Assembly: GCF_003945235.1 (NCBI RefSeq)
Contig: NZ_RSDW01000001.1
Span: 3,510,001-3,542,000 of the forward strand
Direction: 5' to 3'
DNA length: 32,000 bases
Origin: Edaphobacter aggregans
GTDB lineage: Bacteria; Acidobacteriota; Terriglobia; Terriglobales; Acidobacteriaceae
Shown: positions 15,273 through 24,678 of the stretch, one piece after another
How the letters are laid out: each line of letters begins with the position of its first letter
How positions within the stretch are numbered: position 1 is the stretch's first letter
Made by a program: the position numbers and the translations under genes
The notes under the pieces: model-generated
Databases searched by the model: none
Seen by the model: only the letters and a program-made list of their open reading frames with translations
Told to the model about the DNA's origin: nothing

Positions 15273-16178
15273 ATGTTTGGCGTGCGAACAAACGTTTTCC
15301 TTGCCGCTCTGTTAATTGTTGGGACCTTCGCGTCCGCACAACAGATCACCCTTCCGCTCTGGCCCAGCGGGGCGCCCGAGGCCTATCATGGCGACCCCGA
15401 AACTGACATTACGAAGCTCACAGATCGCCTCGTCGCCGGGAAGCCGTTAGCGCATCTGACTAACGTCAGCAAGCCGACGCTGACTGTCTACAAACCGACC
15501 GGCAAAAACACTGGTGCGGCGGTGGTCGTCTTTCCCGGTGGAAGCTATCGCATCCTCGCCTACGATCTAGAGGGCACGGAGGTTTGCACGTGGCTCAACT
15601 CCATCGGAGTGACCTGCGTGCTGGTGAAGTATCGCGTGCCCTTTGCCGAACACTTTCCTGAAAATCCTGCCGACCTTGAAGATGCGCAGCAGGCCATGCG
15701 CATCACGCGCTCTCATGCTACCGAGTGGGGCATCGATCCAAAGCGCATCGGCGCGCTCGGTTTCTCCGCTGGCGGACATCTTGTCGTCGTGTTGAGCAAC
15801 CATGCCGACTACAAGCGTGCCGGAGAGTCTGCGAACGAGATAGACGCACACCCTGACTTTGTTGTCGTCATCTATCCCGGCTATCTTTCCGATGCCCCGG
15901 CGCTGAACAAACTCGCGCATGGCATTGATCCCAGCCCGAATACGCCGCCGACCTTTCTTCTGCAGGCCGAAGATGATCCGGTGCACGAAGAGAATGCTCT
16001 GCTTTACTTTCAGGCGTTGAAGGAGGCAAAGGTTCCGGCGGAACTTCACCTCTACGCGCAAGGAGGCCACGGCTACGGCCTTCGCCCGACCGAACTTCCA
16101 GTGACCCACTGGCCCGGGCTCGTCGAAACATGGCTGCACACCATTCATGTGCTTCCCGGTCAGTCTTCGCATCCATAA
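15273..16178 (+). CDS. Secreted alpha/beta hydrolase (esterase/lipase-type)
   Basis: Signal peptide VFLAALLIVGTFASAQQ. Oxyanion-region VVVFPGGSY. Nucleophile elbow GFSAGGH (GxSxG). C-terminal ...GGHGYG carries the catalytic His region. Confidence 0.85.
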   Translation: MFGVRTNVFLAALLIVGTFASAQQITLPLWPSGAPEAYHGDPETDITKLTDRLVAGKPLAHLTNVSKPTLTVYKPTGKNTGAAVVVFPGGSYRILAYDLEGTEVCTWLNSIGVTCVLVKYRVPFAEHFPENPADLEDAQQAMRITRSHATEWGIDPKRIGALGFSAGGHLVVVLSNHADYKRAGESANEIDAHPDFVVVIYPGYLSDAPALNKLAHGIDPSPNTPPTFLLQAEDDPVHEENALLYFQALKEAKVPAELHLYAQGGHGYGLRPTELPVTHWPGLVETWLHTIHVLPGQSSHP

Positions 16179-16265
16179 TTCATCACCCAGCCAATCGTCC
16201 CGTGAGCCAGAGCCGATTACTGTCTTGCCCTTACAGAACATCGAAAACAACAGGAGTTTACCTAG

Positions 16266-18845
16266 ATGTTGCAAAGAACGTATGCACAAAGAGCAGCAAA
16301 TGTAGCTTTGTCTTTCCTCTCCGCAATCCTGCTGAGTGCGCCCTGCGCTCTGGCACAGTCGCCGCAGCCGGATAGTCCCGCTCTGCGCGCTCGCGTTGAC
16401 GCCATCGTCGAGAAGATGACGCTCGAAGAAAAGATCGACTACATTGGCGGCACCGGCTTTGCCATCCGCGCTGTGCCTCGGTTGAATCTGCCGGCCTTCG
16501 AGATGTCCGATGGTCCTTATGGCGTCCGCAGCAACGCTGGCTTCCCCTCCACCACGTATGTTTCCGGCATCGGACTAGCCGCCACGTGGAACCGCAATCT
16601 GGCCGTCCAGGTAGGTGAGGGAATTGGCCGCGATGCGCGTGCGCGTGGTGTTCATTACATGCTTGGGCCCGGGGTCAACATCTATCGCTCGCCGCGCAAT
16701 GGCCGCAACTTCGAGTACTTCGGCGAAGACCCTTTCCTGGCCGCTGCCATGACCGTCGGTTACATCAACGGCATGCAGTCGCAGGGCGTGAGCGCTACCG
16801 TCAAGCACTATATGGGCAACAACTCAGAGTTTCTGCGTCACGATTCCGACTCAATCATCGATGAGCGTACGATGCGCGAGATCTACATGCCGACGTTCGA
16901 GGCCGCTGTGCGCAAGGCCCATGTGGGTTCGATCATGAACTCGTACAACATGACCAACGGCCAGCACATGACGCAGAACGGTTATCTGAACATCGATGTC
17001 GCGCGCAAGGACTGGGGCTTCAATGGCGTGATGATGTCGGACTGGGTCGCAACCTACGATGCGGTTGCGGCAGCGAATGGCGGCCTTGATCTTGAGATGC
17101 CCACGGGCAAATTCATGAACCGCGCCAACTTGTTGCCCGCCATACAGAGTGGCAAGGTGACGCAGGCTACGATCAACGAGAAGGTGCGCAATATTCTGGG
17201 GACTGCGGCGCGCTTCGGCTGGCTCGATCGCAAGCAGACGGACAGTTCTATCTCGTTCTTCAGTGCGCAGAACAACACGATTGCACTGAACGCAGCGCGC
17301 GAGAGCCTGGTGTTGTTGAAGAACGACGGCAAGCTGCTGCCGCTCGATAAGGCGCGGGTGAAGTCGATTCTCGTGGTCGGCCCCGATGCCTATCCCGGGG
17401 TTCCGGTTGGCGGAGGCAGCGCGCGCGTGGTGCCGTTCCATACGGTCAGCGCGCTTGAGGGTATCAGCGCGTACGTTGGTTCAGGCGTGAACGTCTTGTA
17501 CGAGCGCGGTGTGCCGACTCTGTCTGAAGCGGCTCGTGCTACAGACTTCGTCAACGAGCAGCAGAATGGCAAACCCGGCCTGAAGATGGAGATCTTCGCT
17601 AATACTGATCTATCGGGGGCGCCCGTCAGCACCACCGTGGTTCAGCATATCGACAGTGCAGGCGCAGGTCGTGACAATAACATCGACGATCCGGTCGTTA
17701 CCGCCGCCCTTAGCCAAAGACATCAAATCTCGCGGCGCTGGTCCGGCTACTACATTGCCAGTAAGGCAGGAAGGTATATTGTCGTGCTGCAGGGTGCAGG
17801 TGAAGGGACTGGTAATCGTGTCTATGTGGATGACAAGCTCATCATCGACAACTGGAAGCTCGTCCGCGCTATTCAGCCCCACAGCACGCTCGAACTTCCT
17901 GCGGGCGTGCACAAGCTCGTCATCGAAGACTGGCGCCACGCACCGCTTGGCGGGCGCATTCGCTTCGCCATCGTCGACGCAAATGTTATTGTCAGCGCCC
18001 GAGCCAAAGAACTCGCCGCCGAATCCGACGCCGTCGTTGTCTCGGCAGGCTTCGACTTCGACAGCGAGTCCGAGGGCGGCGATCGCACATTCACACTGCC
18101 CTTCGGTCAGGACGAGTTGATTCGCGCAATGGCTGCGGCCAACAAGGCGACAGTCGTCACTGTAACTGCTGGAGGCAACGTAGATTCGAGTGAGTGGATC
18201 GATCAAGTGCCGGCGTATCTTGCAAGCTGGTACTCGGGTCAGGAAGGCGGAACTGCGCTTGCCGAGACGCTCTTCGGGGCCGTCAATCCATCCGGACATC
18301 TGCCCGTCACGCTCGAACGCAAGGCTGAGGACAATCCTACCTACGCGAACTACTATCCCGAGGGCGATTCGAATCGGGTCATCTATAAGGAAGGTATCTT
18401 CGTCGGCTATCGCGGCTACGAACACAACCACACGCAGCCGCTCTATTCGTTCGGATATGGGCTCTCCTACACGACCTTCAAATTTTCGAATCTATCGATC
18501 AAGCCAGATGCTGCTCATGCCACCGTCAGCTTTGACATTACCAACACCGGGGATCGTGCCGGGGCTGACGTCGCACAGGTTTATGTTGGCGACGATCATG
18601 CCAAGATCGCCCGTCCGGCGAAGGAGTTGAAGGGCTTCGAGAAGGTAATGCTGCAGCCGGGCGAGACGAAACATGTCTCGGTGGACCTCGATAGCCGCGC
18701 CTTCGCCTACTACGATGTCGAGGCGAAGAAGTGGAGCATCGCTCCTGGTAAATTCAGTGTCCTTGTCGGTGACTCCTCGGCCTCGCTTGACCTAAAGGGG
18801 ACGATAGACGTTTCGCAGGCCGCTGCAAATTCGGCTACGTTCTAA
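16266..18845 (+). CDS. Glycoside hydrolase family 3 beta-glucosidase with inserted PA14 domain and C-terminal Fn3-like domain
   Basis: AGGAG lies about 9 nt before the ATG. Signal peptide ends ...CALAQSP. GH3 motifs KHYMGNN and GVMMSDWVATYD (nucleophile Asp). PA14-like block GLKMEIFANTDLSGAPV...YVDDKLIIDNW. The Fn3-like tail ends ...GKFSVLVGDSS. Confidence 0.9.
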   Translation: MLQRTYAQRAANVALSFLSAILLSAPCALAQSPQPDSPALRARVDAIVEKMTLEEKIDYIGGTGFAIRAVPRLNLPAFEMSDGPYGVRSNAGFPSTTYVSGIGLAATWNRNLAVQVGEGIGRDARARGVHYMLGPGVNIYRSPRNGRNFEYFGEDPFLAAAMTVGYINGMQSQGVSATVKHYMGNNSEFLRHDSDSIIDERTMREIYMPTFEAAVRKAHVGSIMNSYNMTNGQHMTQNGYLNIDVARKDWGFNGVMMSDWVATYDAVAAANGGLDLEMPTGKFMNRANLLPAIQSGKVTQATINEKVRNILGTAARFGWLDRKQTDSSISFFSAQNNTIALNAARESLVLLKNDGKLLPLDKARVKSILVVGPDAYPGVPVGGGSARVVPFHTVSALEGISAYVGSGVNVLYERGVPTLSEAARATDFVNEQQNGKPGLKMEIFANTDLSGAPVSTTVVQHIDSAGAGRDNNIDDPVVTAALSQRHQISRRWSGYYIASKAGRYIVVLQGAGEGTGNRVYVDDKLIIDNWKLVRAIQPHSTLELPAGVHKLVIEDWRHAPLGGRIRFAIVDANVIVSARAKELAAESDAVVVSAGFDFDSESEGGDRTFTLPFGQDELIRAMAAANKATVVTVTAGGNVDSSEWIDQVPAYLASWYSGQEGGTALAETLFGAVNPSGHLPVTLERKAEDNPTYANYYPEGDSNRVIYKEGIFVGYRGYEHNHTQPLYSFGYGLSYTTFKFSNLSIKPDAAHATVSFDITNTGDRAGADVAQVYVGDDHAKIARPAKELKGFEKVMLQPGETKHVSVDLDSRAFAYYDVEAKKWSIAPGKFSVLVGDSSASLDLKGTIDVSQAAANSATF

Positions 18846-18857
18846 CCGCGTCATATC

Positions 18858-18896
18858 GCGCCGCCTCATCTTCTCGGGTGAGGCGGCGCTTTTTTG
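18858..18896 (+). terminator. Rho-independent terminator
   Basis: Perfect 11-bp stem gcgccgcctca (18858-18868) / tgaggcggcgc (18879-18889), followed by six T (18890-18895), 13 nt after the stop. Confidence 0.9.
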
Positions 18897-18934
18897 TGCA
18901 TGCACGCGCTAAACTCATCACGAGACCGTCGCCC

Positions 18935-19837
18935 ATGAAAAAACTTCTCTATGTCATCTTTATGACACTCACTGTCGCTGCCCAGACGCCGAAGTCCGAT
19001 CCGCAATTCCTGCAGCAGATCGAGCAGTTTCGCACTCAGCGGGCAAAAAATCTGTCAGCGCCTGATGGCTGGCTCTCCCTCGTCGCGCTGCAGTGGCTCA
19101 AGCCAGGGGATACCACCGTCGGTTCAGCCCCGGGCAATACGCTGCATCTCGATCACGCTCCTGCCCATCTCGCAACGTTTCACCTTGCAAACGATAGCGT
19201 CACCCTCGTGCCACCAGCTGGAGGCTTTTCGGCAGGCATCACGCTCGACGGCAAGCCCGCCACTTCGTCCAAGCTTTCCTTCGATGACAACCATCCCTCG
19301 GAGCTTCGTTACAACGGCTTGTTGATGATCGTGATCAAGCGCGGAGACCGCCTCTATCTTCGCGTCAAGGATGCACAGGCTCCCACGCGAACCAACTTCC
19401 ACGGCTTGAATTGGTATCCGCCCGATCCACGATTCGTCGTCACCGCCAAGTGGATTCCGTCGAACCCGCCACATTCTCTGACCATACCCAACGTTCTCGG
19501 GCAGATCAGCCACGAGGCTTCGCCCGGTGTCGCCGAGTTCATGCTCAACGGACAGACCCTGCGGCTTGAGCCCGTCATCGAAGATCCTGGCGAGCAGAAG
19601 CTCTTCTTCATCTTCCGCGATACCACGAGCACCACCACTACGTATCAGGCTGGCCGCTTCCTCTACACGTCTCTGCCCAGCAACGGTCTCGACAAGCCCG
19701 GTACCGTCGTGCTCGACTTCAATCGCATCCAGAATCCGCCGTGTGTGTACACGGCTTTCGCAACCTGCCCGCTCCCACCGCAGCAGAACCGCCTAAACAT
19801 CGCCATTCCCGCGGGCGAAAAACGTTACCACAACTAA
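18935..19837 (+). CDS. DUF1684 domain protein, secreted
   Basis: The ATG at 18935 gives signal peptide MKKLLYVIFMTLTVAAQ; the ORF-track GTG at 18878 lies inside the terminator. DUF1684-type segments: ...RTQRAKNLSAPDGWLSLVALQWL... and C-terminal ...DFNRIQNPPCVYTAFATCPLPPQQNRLNIAIPAGEKRY. Confidence 0.8.
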   Translation: MKKLLYVIFMTLTVAAQTPKSDPQFLQQIEQFRTQRAKNLSAPDGWLSLVALQWLKPGDTTVGSAPGNTLHLDHAPAHLATFHLANDSVTLVPPAGGFSAGITLDGKPATSSKLSFDDNHPSELRYNGLLMIVIKRGDRLYLRVKDAQAPTRTNFHGLNWYPPDPRFVVTAKWIPSNPPHSLTIPNVLGQISHEASPGVAEFMLNGQTLRLEPVIEDPGEQKLFFIFRDTTSTTTTYQAGRFLYTSLPSNGLDKPGTVVLDFNRIQNPPCVYTAFATCPLPPQQNRLNIAIPAGEKRYHN

Positions 19838-19888
19838 TCCATCACGCTAAGATGCTCTGAGATAAACCCACATGACAAGGCGATACGA

Positions 19889-20188
19889 ATGAAAAAGTTC
19901 CTCTCCACATTTTTGCAATTCTTCCTGTTCCTCCTCACGTTTGCCATTGGCAGCTTTGCTCACCCGTTCAATCTTCGGTGGGGTCTGACAGTCACGACGC
20001 CAACGGTCACGCGCTACTTCGTTCCCGATGGCCTGTTGCTCATGGTCATCCTCTTGATCCTCATTCTCATCATGGAGGCTCTGATGAAGCGCCTCCGCAC
20101 GTTCGCTCCATGGACCGCGCTGGCCTTTGTACTGGCTGCCATCGTTGGCTATGCCATGAAGCTTGGCTTCATCACCCGCGATCTATAG
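19889..20188 (+). CDS. Small hydrophobic membrane protein (99 aa, about 3 TM)
   Basis: Three hydrophobic helices and a Lys-rich N-terminus (MKKF...). Only a weak RBS. Fills the gap between two well-supported genes. Confidence 0.5.
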   Translation: MKKFLSTFLQFFLFLLTFAIGSFAHPFNLRWGLTVTTPTVTRYFVPDGLLLMVILLILILIMEALMKRLRTFAPWTALAFVLAAIVGYAMKLGFITRDL

Positions 20189-20194
20189 AGCTCC

Positions 20195-21121
20195 TTACTC
20201 CTTCACGACAACGACGATCTTTCCCGGGCCGCCTTTGACATAGTCTCCCGCGTAAGCCTCTTCTGCCTTTTCGAGTGGCACCGTCGCACCCACGAAAGTA
20301 CGCAGAGTGCCCGCATCCAGCATCCGAGCGACTTCAGTCAACTGATCGCGGTTCGGCTCCACGATAAAGAACGCAGCCTTCAGCTTCGGATCGTCCGTGC
20401 CCTCGACATCGGAGGCGATGGTGACCATCCTGCCTTCTGGCTTCAGCACACCCCATGAACGCTGCAGTGTCTCACCCCCGACGGTGTCGAACACGATATC
20501 GACCTTTCTGACACGATCTTCAAACTGTTCCTTTTGATAGTCGATGACCTCATCGACTCCAAGCTCCGATACAAACGCAAGAGTGTGTTCCGAAGCCGTG
20601 GCGATTACATGCGCACCTCGCGACCGTGCCAACTGTACGATAAATATCCCAACCGCACCCGCCCCGCCATGGACCAACACCCGCTCGCCAGCCTGAAGTT
20701 TGGCGCGATCAAACAGACCCTGCCATGCCGTCAGCGCACTGATGGGAACGGAGGCCGCCTCAACGTGCGTCAGCGACTTCGGCTTGGCCGCGATCGAACC
20801 CGGCAGCGTGACGCAGTACTCCGCCGTCGCCCCATCGGCAAACCAATCGTTCATTCCGTAGATCTCCTGCCCAACGTCGATGCCGGTAACGCCATCACCC
20901 ACAGCGGCGACTACTCCTGAGAACTCATGTCCTGGAACAGCGCCGGTCCGCGGCTCGCCAGTCTTTGTGTGCGTTGTGGGATACCACCCAAGCTCGGTAT
21001 GGATCACGCCCGCTGCATGTACTTTAACGAGGACTTCACCCGGCGCCGCTGCTGGTTTCGAAACATCTACTTCGACTAGAGTCACACCACCCGTTGCATT
21101 GCTCAGTTGTATCGCCTTCAT
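20195..21121 (-). CDS. NADPH:quinone oxidoreductase / zinc-type alcohol dehydrogenase superfamily (MDR) protein
   Basis: GGAGG lies 4 nt before ATG 21121. Contains GEVLVKVHAAGV...PGHEFSGVV and the nucleotide-binding VLVHGGAGAVGIFIVQLA. Confidence 0.85.
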   Translation of the reverse strand: MKAIQLSNATGGVTLVEVDVSKPAAAPGEVLVKVHAAGVIHTELGWYPTTHTKTGEPRTGAVPGHEFSGVVAAVGDGVTGIDVGQEIYGMNDWFADGATAEYCVTLPGSIAAKPKSLTHVEAASVPISALTAWQGLFDRAKLQAGERVLVHGGAGAVGIFIVQLARSRGAHVIATASEHTLAFVSELGVDEVIDYQKEQFEDRVRKVDIVFDTVGGETLQRSWGVLKPEGRMVTIASDVEGTDDPKLKAAFFIVEPNRDQLTEVARMLDAGTLRTFVGATVPLEKAEEAYAGDYVKGGPGKIVVVVKE

Positions 21122-21201
21122 CGTCCCTCCTGAATCGTTCGCGCTAAACTCATCACAGCTGTTTCATGAATAGATTCTTCCCATCGTTCTGCGATTTCAT
21201 C

Positions 21202-21227
21202 TTTTGCAAAAATTATTCTTTGCAAAA
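21202..21227. promoter_or_regulatory. Two TTTGCAAA palindromes (candidate operator) in the divergent intergenic region
   Basis: ttttgcaaaa (21202-21211) is a perfect 10-bp palindrome. ctttgcaaaa (21218-21227) has an 8-bp perfect core. Centres are 16 bp apart, in an AT-rich patch. The second palindrome abuts or overlaps the first in-frame ATG of the decarboxylase ORF. Confidence 0.4.
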
Positions 21228-22633
21228 TGGTTCGCCGCACACATATCCGAGCCATGGCCGATAACGAACTCTTCCGACTCCTGAACGCCGCTCAGCACCA
21301 CCTCGACGAAGGTTTTTCCGATCTTCCTCCCGCCCCTGCGCCGCCGCTGGACGAGCAGGCGGCTGCCATCCTCAAGGAAGCCGCGACCCGTCTCCACGAT
21401 AACTACCCGTACGCCCACCCGCTCTACGCAGGGCAAATGCTGAAGCCGCCACATCCCATCGCCCGCGCTGCCTACGCGCTCGCCATGTCGGTCAACCCCA
21501 ATAATCACGCGCTTGACGGAGGCCGTGCCAGCTCCGCCATGGAGATTGAAGCCGTCGCCGCGCTGGCGAAGATGTTTCACTGGCCGCATCATCTGGGCCA
21601 CCTGAGCAGCGGAGGAACCTTCGCCAACCTCGAAGCGCTGTGGGTCGCCGGCCAACTCGCACCGGGCAAGAGTGTTGCCGCCTCCGATCAGGCCCACTAC
21701 ACTCATAGCCGCATCTCCAGCGTCCTCGGCCTGCCCTTCGTCAGCATTCCGACCGACAACAACGGCCGCATGGATCTCGCCGCTCTCGAACGCCTGCTCG
21801 AAACAGGGAGTATTGGTACTGTCGTAGTTACGCTTGGTACGACTGCCATCGGCTCGGTGGATCCGCTCGACCAGATTGCGCAACTTCAGCAGCGCTACAA
21901 ATTCCGCATCCACGTCGACGCGGCCTATGGAGGCTACTTTACGCTCGCGTCCAACCTCTCGCCCGTGGCGCGAGCCGCCTACGACGCCATCGCACACGCT
22001 GACTCCATCGTTGTCGACCCGCACAAGCATGGGCTCCAGCCCTATGGGTGCGGGGCGATCCTCTTCCGCGACCCAGCAGTAGGCCACTTCTACAAACACG
22101 ACTCTCCGTACACTTATTTCTCCTCGAAGGAACTCCACCTCGGCGAGATTTCCCTCGAATGTTCCCGCGCCGGAGCTTCAGCCGTCGCGCTCTGGGCCAC
22201 GCAGCGTCTTCTGCCCTACACTCCCGGCGGAGCTTTCGCGCAGGGGCTCGAATCAGGCCGGGCCGCTGCGCTTGAACTGAATCAACGACTCTCCCTGTCC
22301 ACGTATTTCGTCACCCCGAGCGCCCCACCTCAGCTCGATATCGTCTTCTGGGCCGTCCGAGCCAAAACTCCTGAAATTTCATCCACATCCGCCCAGCACA
22401 TCTTCGACGAAGCTGCTCGCCTCGACCTTCATTTGGCACTGGCAAATCTGCCGACGCGCTTCTTCCCGGCGGGAACTTGGCCGGACTCCGAACAAACTAA
22501 AACAGTTACCTGCCTCCGCTCTGTGCTGATGAAGCCCGAACACCTGGCCTGGCTCGACCAGATCTGGAGTCGTGTTGAGTCGGCGGCGGAGGCCGTTTTT
22601 CTGTCAATACCCCCTCGGAACCAACCCCAGTAA
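21227..22633 (+). CDS. Pyridoxal-phosphate-dependent (group II) amino-acid decarboxylase
   Basis: Contains SSGGTFANLEALWVA and the PLP-lysine motif SIVVDPHKHGLQPYGCGAILF. The start is uncertain: neither ATG 21227 nor ATG 21254 (MADNELF...) has a clear RBS. Confidence 0.8.
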   Translation: MVRRTHIRAMADNELFRLLNAAQHHLDEGFSDLPPAPAPPLDEQAAAILKEAATRLHDNYPYAHPLYAGQMLKPPHPIARAAYALAMSVNPNNHALDGGRASSAMEIEAVAALAKMFHWPHHLGHLSSGGTFANLEALWVAGQLAPGKSVAASDQAHYTHSRISSVLGLPFVSIPTDNNGRMDLAALERLLETGSIGTVVVTLGTTAIGSVDPLDQIAQLQQRYKFRIHVDAAYGGYFTLASNLSPVARAAYDAIAHADSIVVDPHKHGLQPYGCGAILFRDPAVGHFYKHDSPYTYFSSKELHLGEISLECSRAGASAVALWATQRLLPYTPGGAFAQGLESGRAAALELNQRLSLSTYFVTPSAPPQLDIVFWAVRAKTPEISSTSAQHIFDEAARLDLHLALANLPTRFFPAGTWPDSEQTKTVTCLRSVLMKPEHLAWLDQIWSRVESAAEAVFLSIPPRNQPQ

Positions 22634-22810
22634 CCATAGTTCTACTGCGCGATGGAAACGATTTGGTAAACTCACGCCAACGGGCCCGATTTCGCTCTTT
22701 TGCACTGGAAATCATGCATTCATGCTTCCAGCTCTACGGAGCGCACCCAAGCTGCCGAGTGTACGTCAAAAGAGAACGACCGACCCGGCCAGAAAAGGAA
22801 GCACCCAAGC

Positions 22811-24613
22811 ATGAGCCTGCCTGCCTCACCGACCTCCGTACCCCCTGACCTTACCAACCGCACCATAGCTTACTTCTCGATGGAGATTGCGCTTTCTCCA
22901 AAGCTGCCGACGTACTCCGGCGGCCTGGGAATGCTTGCCGGGGATACCCTTCGTTCTGCAGCCGATACCGGCGCGCCGATGGTCGCCGTCTCGCTCGTGC
23001 ATCGCCGCGGCTACTTCCGCCAGCACCTCGATGACACGGGCCAGCAAACCGAATCCGACGTCCCCTGGTCGCCCGAGACGACACTTCCCAGCGCTAACCA
23101 GTTGATCGCCCTCACCGTTCAGGGAAGGCAGTTGCTTCTGCGCGCATGGCGCTTCGATGTCGTCGGCGTTACCGGCCATATCATTCCGGTCTTCCTGCTC
23201 GATACCGACGTGGAAGGCAACGACGAGTGGGACCGTCACCTCACCGACCATCTCTACGGCGGCGACTCCTACTACCGCCTTTGTCAGGAGACCGTGCTCG
23301 GTTTGGGCGGCATCGCCCTGCTGCACGCGCTCGGCTGCAAGCCCGAGGTCTACCACATGAATGAGGGCCACGCCGCACTACTGACCATTGCCCTGCTCGA
23401 GGAGCGGCTCGCAGGCAAACCCTTGCGTGAAGCCACCGAGATCGACATCGATGCCGTCCGCCAGCAATGCGTCTTCACCACGCACACGCCTGTTCCCGCA
23501 GGACACGACCAGTTCGGCCTCGACCATATGTATCAGGTGCTAGGTCACGACCGCGCCGCCGCCATCGACTGCGCCAACTGTCTGCACAACGGCCTGATGA
23601 ATATGACCTACCTTGCGCTGCGCTTCTCCCGCTACGTCAACGGAGTGGCCATGCAGCACGGCAAGGTTTCGCAGAAGATGTTCCCTGAGTACAAGGTCTA
23701 CTCGATTACCAACGGCGTTCATGCCAGCACCTGGATGTCCGAATCGTTTCAGGAGCTGATGGACAAGGAGATAGCGAACTGGCGCACGGATAACCGCTAC
23801 TTCCGCTCCGTCTATGGCATCGATCCGGCACGCATCACGGCCTGTCACGTCAAAAATAAGCATCGCCTGTTTGCGACGATCGCCAAGCGAAGCAATCACT
23901 ACTTCAATCCCAGCGTGCTGACCCTTGGCTTTGCCCGCCGCGTAGCCACCTACAAGCGCGCCAGCCTGCTGCTCCACGACCCTGCACGACTGGTCGCCAT
24001 CGCAGAGAAGATCGGGGGCCTGCAGATCCTCTTCGCTGGCAAGGCTCATCCGGCCGACAACGCAGGCAAGGGCCTCATCCGCGAGGTCTACGCAGCAGCG
24101 GCTAAGCTGAACTCCGCCGCGCTCAAGATATACTACATTGAAAACTACGACTGGGAGCTGGGAGCGCTGTTGACCCAGGGAGTCGACGTCTGGGTGAACA
24201 CGCCGCGGCGTCCCTACGAGGCATCGGGAACCTCTGGCATGAAGGCCGCCCTCAACGGCGTCCCCTCGCTTTCGATTCTGGACGGCTGGTGGATCGAGGG
24301 TTGCGCCGAAGATACCACAGGATGGGCCATCGAAGACGGCGAGACGGAAGCCGCCGAGGCGAACAGCCTATACGACAAGCTTGAGAAGCGCATCGCCCCG
24401 CTCTACGCCAATCCCAACGCCTGGGCTAAGATGCAGCAGCACTGCATCGGGATCAACGGAACGTTCTTTAACACGCATCGAATGCTCAGCCAGTACTTCG
24501 CTAACGCCTACTACCCGCCTGGGCCGATCGTACCGGCGGCAATCAGCGTTACGCCACATCGCCGCTCCACCGACACACCGGAACCAGAGCCCGCGTTGGT
24601 GACCGTCCGATAG
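22811..24613 (+). CDS. glgP: Alpha-glucan phosphorylase family protein (GT35)
   Basis: AAGGAAG lies about 9 nt before ATG 22811; the ORF-track start at 22700 adds a non-conserved leader. Contains IAYFSMEIAL...YSGGLGMLAGD at the N-terminus, NEGHAA, and the PLP-site region PRRPYEASGTSGMKAALNG. Confidence 0.85.
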   Translation: MSLPASPTSVPPDLTNRTIAYFSMEIALSPKLPTYSGGLGMLAGDTLRSAADTGAPMVAVSLVHRRGYFRQHLDDTGQQTESDVPWSPETTLPSANQLIALTVQGRQLLLRAWRFDVVGVTGHIIPVFLLDTDVEGNDEWDRHLTDHLYGGDSYYRLCQETVLGLGGIALLHALGCKPEVYHMNEGHAALLTIALLEERLAGKPLREATEIDIDAVRQQCVFTTHTPVPAGHDQFGLDHMYQVLGHDRAAAIDCANCLHNGLMNMTYLALRFSRYVNGVAMQHGKVSQKMFPEYKVYSITNGVHASTWMSESFQELMDKEIANWRTDNRYFRSVYGIDPARITACHVKNKHRLFATIAKRSNHYFNPSVLTLGFARRVATYKRASLLLHDPARLVAIAEKIGGLQILFAGKAHPADNAGKGLIREVYAAAAKLNSAALKIYYIENYDWELGALLTQGVDVWVNTPRRPYEASGTSGMKAALNGVPSLSILDGWWIEGCAEDTTGWAIEDGETEAAEANSLYDKLEKRIAPLYANPNAWAKMQQHCIGINGTFFNTHRMLSQYFANAYYPPGPIVPAAISVTPHRRSTDTPEPEPALVTVR

Positions 24614-24630
24614 CTTGCAGTAGGTTAAAA

Positions 24631-24668
24631 ATGAAAGGGCGCGACCTTAGTTGATCGCGCCCTTTCAT
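24631..24668. terminator. Bidirectional intrinsic terminator between convergent glgP-like and mdtC-like genes
   Basis: Perfect 14-bp stem atgaaagggcgcga (24631-24644) / tcgcgccctttcat (24655-24668). An A-run lies upstream (24627-24630) and T-rich sequence downstream. Confidence 0.8.
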
Positions 24669-24678
24669 ATTGTTTGAA

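Noticed and set aside
15567-18431. Minus-strand ORFs of 240 aa (15567-16289), 196 aa (16851-17441) and 273 aa (17610-18431)
   Set aside because: They are antisense to the alpha/beta-hydrolase and GH3 genes, both of which have clear catalytic motifs. These are compositional shadow ORFs.
21197-22138. 313-aa minus-strand ORF overlapping the decarboxylase gene
   Set aside because: It is antisense to a CDS that carries a clear PLP-lysine motif. The product has no recognisable motifs and a skewed Arg/Gly/Val composition. This is a typical shadow ORF.
22706-22730. Imperfect hairpin tggaaatcatgcattcatgcttcca in the leader of the glgP-like gene
   Set aside because: The stems are short and interrupted, and I recognise no conserved riboswitch core. 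It is too weak to report as a feature.
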